Source: Octopus bimaculoides (Eukaryota). From it: a stretch of DNA of 54,004 nt. Numbering within the stretch: position 1 is the stretch's first letter; each line of letters starts with the position of its first letter. The notes under the pieces were generated by a model that saw nothing but the letters and a program-made list of their open reading frames with translations, did not search any database and had not been told where the DNA came from. The DNA lies in the NCBI RefSeq assembly GCF_001194135.2, contig NC_068990.1, positions 68,354,785 to 68,408,788 of the forward strand, in the 5' to 3' direction. Shown piece after piece: positions 49,600-54,004 of this stretch. Both the position numbers and the translations under genes were made by a program.

Positions 49600-50935
49600 A
49601 CATCATCATCATCAAACCATCTCCATCATCACCATCGTATCATCATCATCATCGTCGTCATCATCATCATCATCATCTCTATCATCATCATCGTCCTCAC
49701 CATCATATCTCATCATCATTATCATCACCACCGCATCATCATCACCCTCATTTGTAACAGCAACCCCAATGGTACGGCCTCCGCTATTTCTTCATTACCG
49801 CCGCCGCCACCGCCACCGCCAACACCACCGCCGCCACCACAACAACCCCTGCCCCCGCTCCCACCACCATCTTACCCTCTTCATTTTCTCACCCCTCCTC
49901 CGAATTTGTGTTTATTTTCTGATGATTTTTTTCTGCTTTCTTTTTCTTTTCTCACCTATGGCTTCCTCTTCTTTTTCATCTCCTCCTCATTTTCTTGTCC
50001 CCCGCCTCCTCTTCATCCTCCTTCCACCCTCTACACCCCTTCCGCTTTGCTCCTTCCATTACTGTTCTCTACTCCACCACCACAACCACCAAGAGTTCCT
50101 ATTAACTCGCCATCTCCTTCTGCTCCTCCGCCGCCTCCCACTCACGTAGTAACACAAAGCCAGTCTTAAGCTGCTGAAAAGCTTAAACAATTTATCGACC
50201 ATCAACAGGATTCGTTTATCACTTATTGAGCTGATCAAGTTACTGGCACTGAACTATAAAGGCGGAGGGGAGAGGGTGAAGGTAGGCGATGGTGGTGGTG
50301 GTATGGTGGTGGTGGTGGTGGTGGTTGTGGTGGTAGTGGTGGTAGTGGTGGTGGGTGAATGGAAAAGACGTGGTGAATGGAGGGATGAAGGAAAGAAAGC
50401 AAGAANNNNNNNNNNNNNNNNNNNNNNNNNNNNNNNNNNNNNNNNNNNNNNNNNNNNNNNNNNNNNNNNNNNNNNNNNNNNNNNNNNNNNNNNNNNNNNN
50501 NNNNNNNNNNNNNNNNNNNNNNNNNNNNNNNNNNNNNNNNNNNNNNNNNNNNNNNNNNNNNNNNGGTGGTGAAAGTAGGAGTTGCAGCTTAGGTGATAGT
50601 AGCAGTGGTTATGAAGTGAGTAGCGAGTAGGGCGGTGGTTGTGGTGGTGGTGGTTGTGGTGGTAGTGGTGGTAGTGGTGGTGGGTGAATGGAAAAGACGT
50701 GGTGAATGGAGGGATGAAGGAAAGAAAGCAAGAAATAAGGGAAACGCTTATGAATATGAGAACGATGATGATGATGATAATATGATTACGATGATGGCGA
50801 TGATGATGATGATGGTGATGATAACCATGACGACAACGATGACGGTGATGGTTACGATGATAACAGTAATGACCTTGATCACGATGACAATAACGTAGAC
50901 GATGACGATGATGTTTGCAGTAATGAGAAGGACTG

Positions 50936-50971
<36 letters not shown>

Positions 50972-51620
50972 GGAGGAGGAGGAGGAGGAGGAGGAGGATG
51001 ACGACGACGATGATTACGATGATCACAATGGTTACGGTGATGATGATGATTATGATGATGGTGATGATGATGATGATGATGAGGATGATGATGATGGCGA
51101 TGACGATGATTAAGATGATGATGATGATAACGATGATGATGTTTACGATGATTACGATGATGATGATGATGGCGATGACAATGATTTAAGATGATGATGA
51201 TAACGATGATTACGATGATGATGATGATGATGATGATGATGGCGACGACGATGATTAAGATGATGATGATAACGACGATGATGTTTACGATGATGATGCT
51301 GGTGATGATGATGATGATGATGCTGGTGATGATGATGATGATGGCGACGACGATGATTAAGATGATGATGATAACGATGATTACGATGATGATAATGATG
51401 ATGATGATGATGGCGACGACGATGATTAAGATGATGATGATAACGACGATGATGTTTACGATGATGATGATGATGATGATGGTGATCCGTACGACGACAC
51501 CTACGAGTACGATGATGACGATGAAAATAGTGAGAAAGAGAAGAAGAAGAATAGGATCAAAGAGAGGAGGAGGATGGCAACGTTGTGATGATGTTGTTGG
51601 TGATAATGATGACGGTCGAT
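49600..51620. repeat. Large trinucleotide low-complexity block: (CAT)n, (CCR)n, (GGT)n, (GAT)n/(GAC)n
   Basis: Directly visible. Source of the poly-Met, poly-Ile, poly-Pro and poly-Val ORFs. Confidence 0.95.
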
Positions 51621-51706
51621 AAAATAAAGTACCATTCGCCTAATGACGTTGATGGCATGGACATGTTCCCCTAAAAGATTGTTAGTCTTCTGCCTAAATT
51701 AATTAA

Positions 51707-52120
51707 CGTGGCTGTGTGGTAAGAAGTTTGCTTCCCAACCAAGTGGTTCGGGGGTTTAGTTCTGCTGCGTGGCACCTTGGGCAAGTGTCTTCTACCATAG
51801 CCTCGGACCGACCAAAGTCTTGTGAGTGGATGTGGTAGACGGAAACTGAAAGAAACCCGTCGTATATATATATATATATATTTATATATACTTGTATGTG
51901 TGTGTGTGTGTGTGTCATTGTGTCTGTTTGCTCCCCCCACCGTCTGACAATCGGTGTTGGTGTGTTTACGTCTGCATAAACCAGCGGTTCGTCAAATAAG
52001 ACCGATAGAATAAGTACCAGGCTTTAAAAAATAAGTATTGGAGCTGATACATTCGACTAATAATTTGTCAAGCATATGCCTCTGCATGGCGGCAGTCTAA
52101 TGATTGAAACAAGTAAAAGA
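51707..52120 (+). mobile_element. SINE B, full length
   Basis: CGTGGCTGTGTGGTAAGAAG..GGCACCTTGGGCAAGTGTCTT..GGAAACTGAAAGAA..(TA)(TG)..GACCGATAGAATAAGTACCAGG..TGAAACAAGTAAAAGA. Confidence 0.92.
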
Positions 52121-52164
52121 TTTAAAAGAATAATAATAATAAAAGAGAAATCTGGTGCTTATTT

Positions 52165-52310
52165 TATCAACTGGTACTTATTTTATCGACGCCGAAAATG
52201 ATGGAAGGAAAACTTGATCTCGACAGAATTTGAACTCAGAATGTAAAGACGGACGAAATACCCCTACGCTTTTCCCCAGGCGTGCTAACGAGTCTGTTAG
52301 CACACCGCCT
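52165..52310 (-). mobile_element. SINE A, 5' two-thirds
   Basis: CAACTGGTACTTATTTTATCGAC..GAATTTGAACTCAGAATGTAAAGACGGACGAAAT..GGCGTGCTAACGA. Confidence 0.88.
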
Positions 52311-52368
52311 TTGTATACTAGAAGCAACAATAATAATTAGTATTATAACCTAATATTGACGATGAGTA

Positions 52369-53164
52369 GGCGGCGATTTGGCAGAATCGTTAGCATGCCG
52401 GAATAATGCTTAGCGGCATTTCGCTCGTCTTTACGTTCTGAGTTCGAATTTGCTTACCTGTCTGATAAGAGTAAACTAGGCAAATGCATTTCAACCATGA
52501 GCACGACATGTTGATCTCATATCAAGATAAACAGCGCATCACCTTGTAGGTGTTAGAATTTTCTTCACGTCCAGTAGCCCATCCCGCTCAAAATGTCCCT
52601 GAATAAGGGTTGTTTAAGGATGTTGAACGAAACAGTCATGTTTCCAAAGGTGAATTATTCAAACCTAAAAGAATCCCTCTCAAAACATGGCTATGTTGTT
52701 ATCCCACTACTTCTAATCGTGATCAGAGATGCACATATCGTCAGCCACTATGGGACATGCTCAATTGGTTAAGGTCAAACAACTGACAAGTAAATTTGTG
52801 GTACTGAGCAGAATATTTGATGTAGCCCATCTTTTATACCAAGACAAAACAATGTTCATGATAACACTTCCAATAAATTAAGACCAGAAGGCATGAGAGC
52901 CACTGCCTGGACATGGTACTGAATCAAGGCATAGTGCTGCATCAGGACATGGTACTGCATCAGAGCATGGTATTCAGCACGCCGAGTAAAACGCTTAGCG
53001 GTATTTCGCTCGTCTTTACGTTCTGAGTTCAAATTCCGTCGAAGTCGACTTTGCTTATTATCTTTCGGAGTCGATAAAATAAGTACGAGTTTAATACAGA
53101 GGTCGATATAATCGACTCCTCCCCCCTCCCCCCAAATTGCTGCCCTTGTGGCAACATTTGAAAC

Positions 53165-53167
<3 letters not shown>
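52369..53167 (+). mobile_element. Composite: SINE A head (52369-52451), family C (52452-52910), ~18-bp tandem units (52910-52975), SINE A (52976-53167)
   Basis: Each module matches its other copies in the window. An (ATT)n tail follows at 53167-53221. Confidence 0.85.
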
Positions 53168-53221
<54 letters not shown>

Positions 53222-54004
53222 CAGCGTGAATATGATAAACAAAATTGTCTTCTAATGAGAAGATTGTCTAAGATAGAAAAAGAAGAGATTGTGATGATGA
53301 TGATGATGATGATTGTAGNNNNNNNNNNNNNNNNNNNNNNNNNNNNNNNNNNNNNNNNNNNNNNNNGTGGTGGTGGTGGTGGTGGTGGTGGTGGTGGTGG
53401 TGGCGACGGTGGCGGTGTGATGGTACTTGAGAAAATGGTGGTAGAGATGGTGGTAGCGATGATGATAATAATTATGGTGAAGAGGAGGAGGAGGAGAAAG
53501 AGAAGGATATTATTTGATGGGAAATACAATGATGATGATGATGATGATGATGCTGATGATATCATTATGACTTCACTAACGTTACCAACACATTCGTTGC
53601 CAGAAATAAGTAGCACTTAAGAAAAGATAAGTGTAAAACTAACGCTGAAAAATGTACTAAAAGTAAATGAGGAGGTGGTGGAAAGGGTGAAAAAGAGAAG
53701 GCGGGGAGGGAGGAGAAATAGGAGGAGGAGAGGGAGGAGAAATGAGAGGAGGAGAAAGGGGTGGAGGAGAGGGCGGAGAGAGGCGGAGGCGATAGGTTAT
53801 TAATATGTGTTTCTCTGAAAAAATAAATATTTGGGATAACTCCCTATCATTTGATCCCTAAACCATGGGGATATCATGTTTACTAGAGAAAGAATCACGG
53901 TGAATACGGTGGCGGTAGTGATGCTGGCGTTTGTGGAGGTGCTAATGATAACGGTGGTTAGTGTGGTGATGATGGTAGTGGTGGAAATGAAGATGGTGGT
54001 GGTG
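53167..54004. repeat. Low-complexity end of window: (ATT)n, (GAT)n, (GGT)n, (GGA)n
   Basis: Directly visible. Confidence 0.9.

Noticed and set aside
50312-50734. Identical ~94-bp segments at about 50312-50405 and 50641-50734
   Set aside because: They straddle a 159-N gap in low-complexity DNA; probably a scaffolding artefact and unresolvable without long reads.
52445-52470. Minus-strand CAG|GTAAGC site
   Set aside because: It is created at a SINE/family C junction and has a poor pyrimidine tract.

Overview
AT-rich eukaryotic non-coding DNA from a short-read assembly with 11 N-gaps (about 3.6 kb in total, mostly flanked by (AT)n/(CA)n). The SINE families and microsatellite density point to an octopus (cephalopod) genome; this is inferred from recall, not from a database hit. 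I cannot recognise any host protein-coding gene, and there is no rRNA, intact tRNA or CRISPR array. Nearly all long ORFs in the track are microsatellite or gap artefacts. The window is a transposon graveyard: two decayed mariners (Hsmar1/cecropia-like and irritans-like), a Penelope-like RT-thumb/GIY-YIG remnant, an RT-deleted Gypsy element nested in a SINE with a 5-bp TSD, a solo LTR with TSD, R4/Dong-like, RTE and CR1-like LINE remnants, roughly 25 copies of three tRNA-derived SINE families, and three copies of an unclassified ~530-bp repeat. The most interesting non-routine signals are two same-strand AG|GT recursive-splice-like sites, the RT-less LTR element with non-matching U3 regions, the (TAA)n-flanked unclassified repeat, a decayed hammerhead ribozyme motif, inverted SINE pairs and a module shared between SINE families. 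None of these is established as a new biological system from sequence alone. SINE family labels A, B, D and repeat family C are my own working names.
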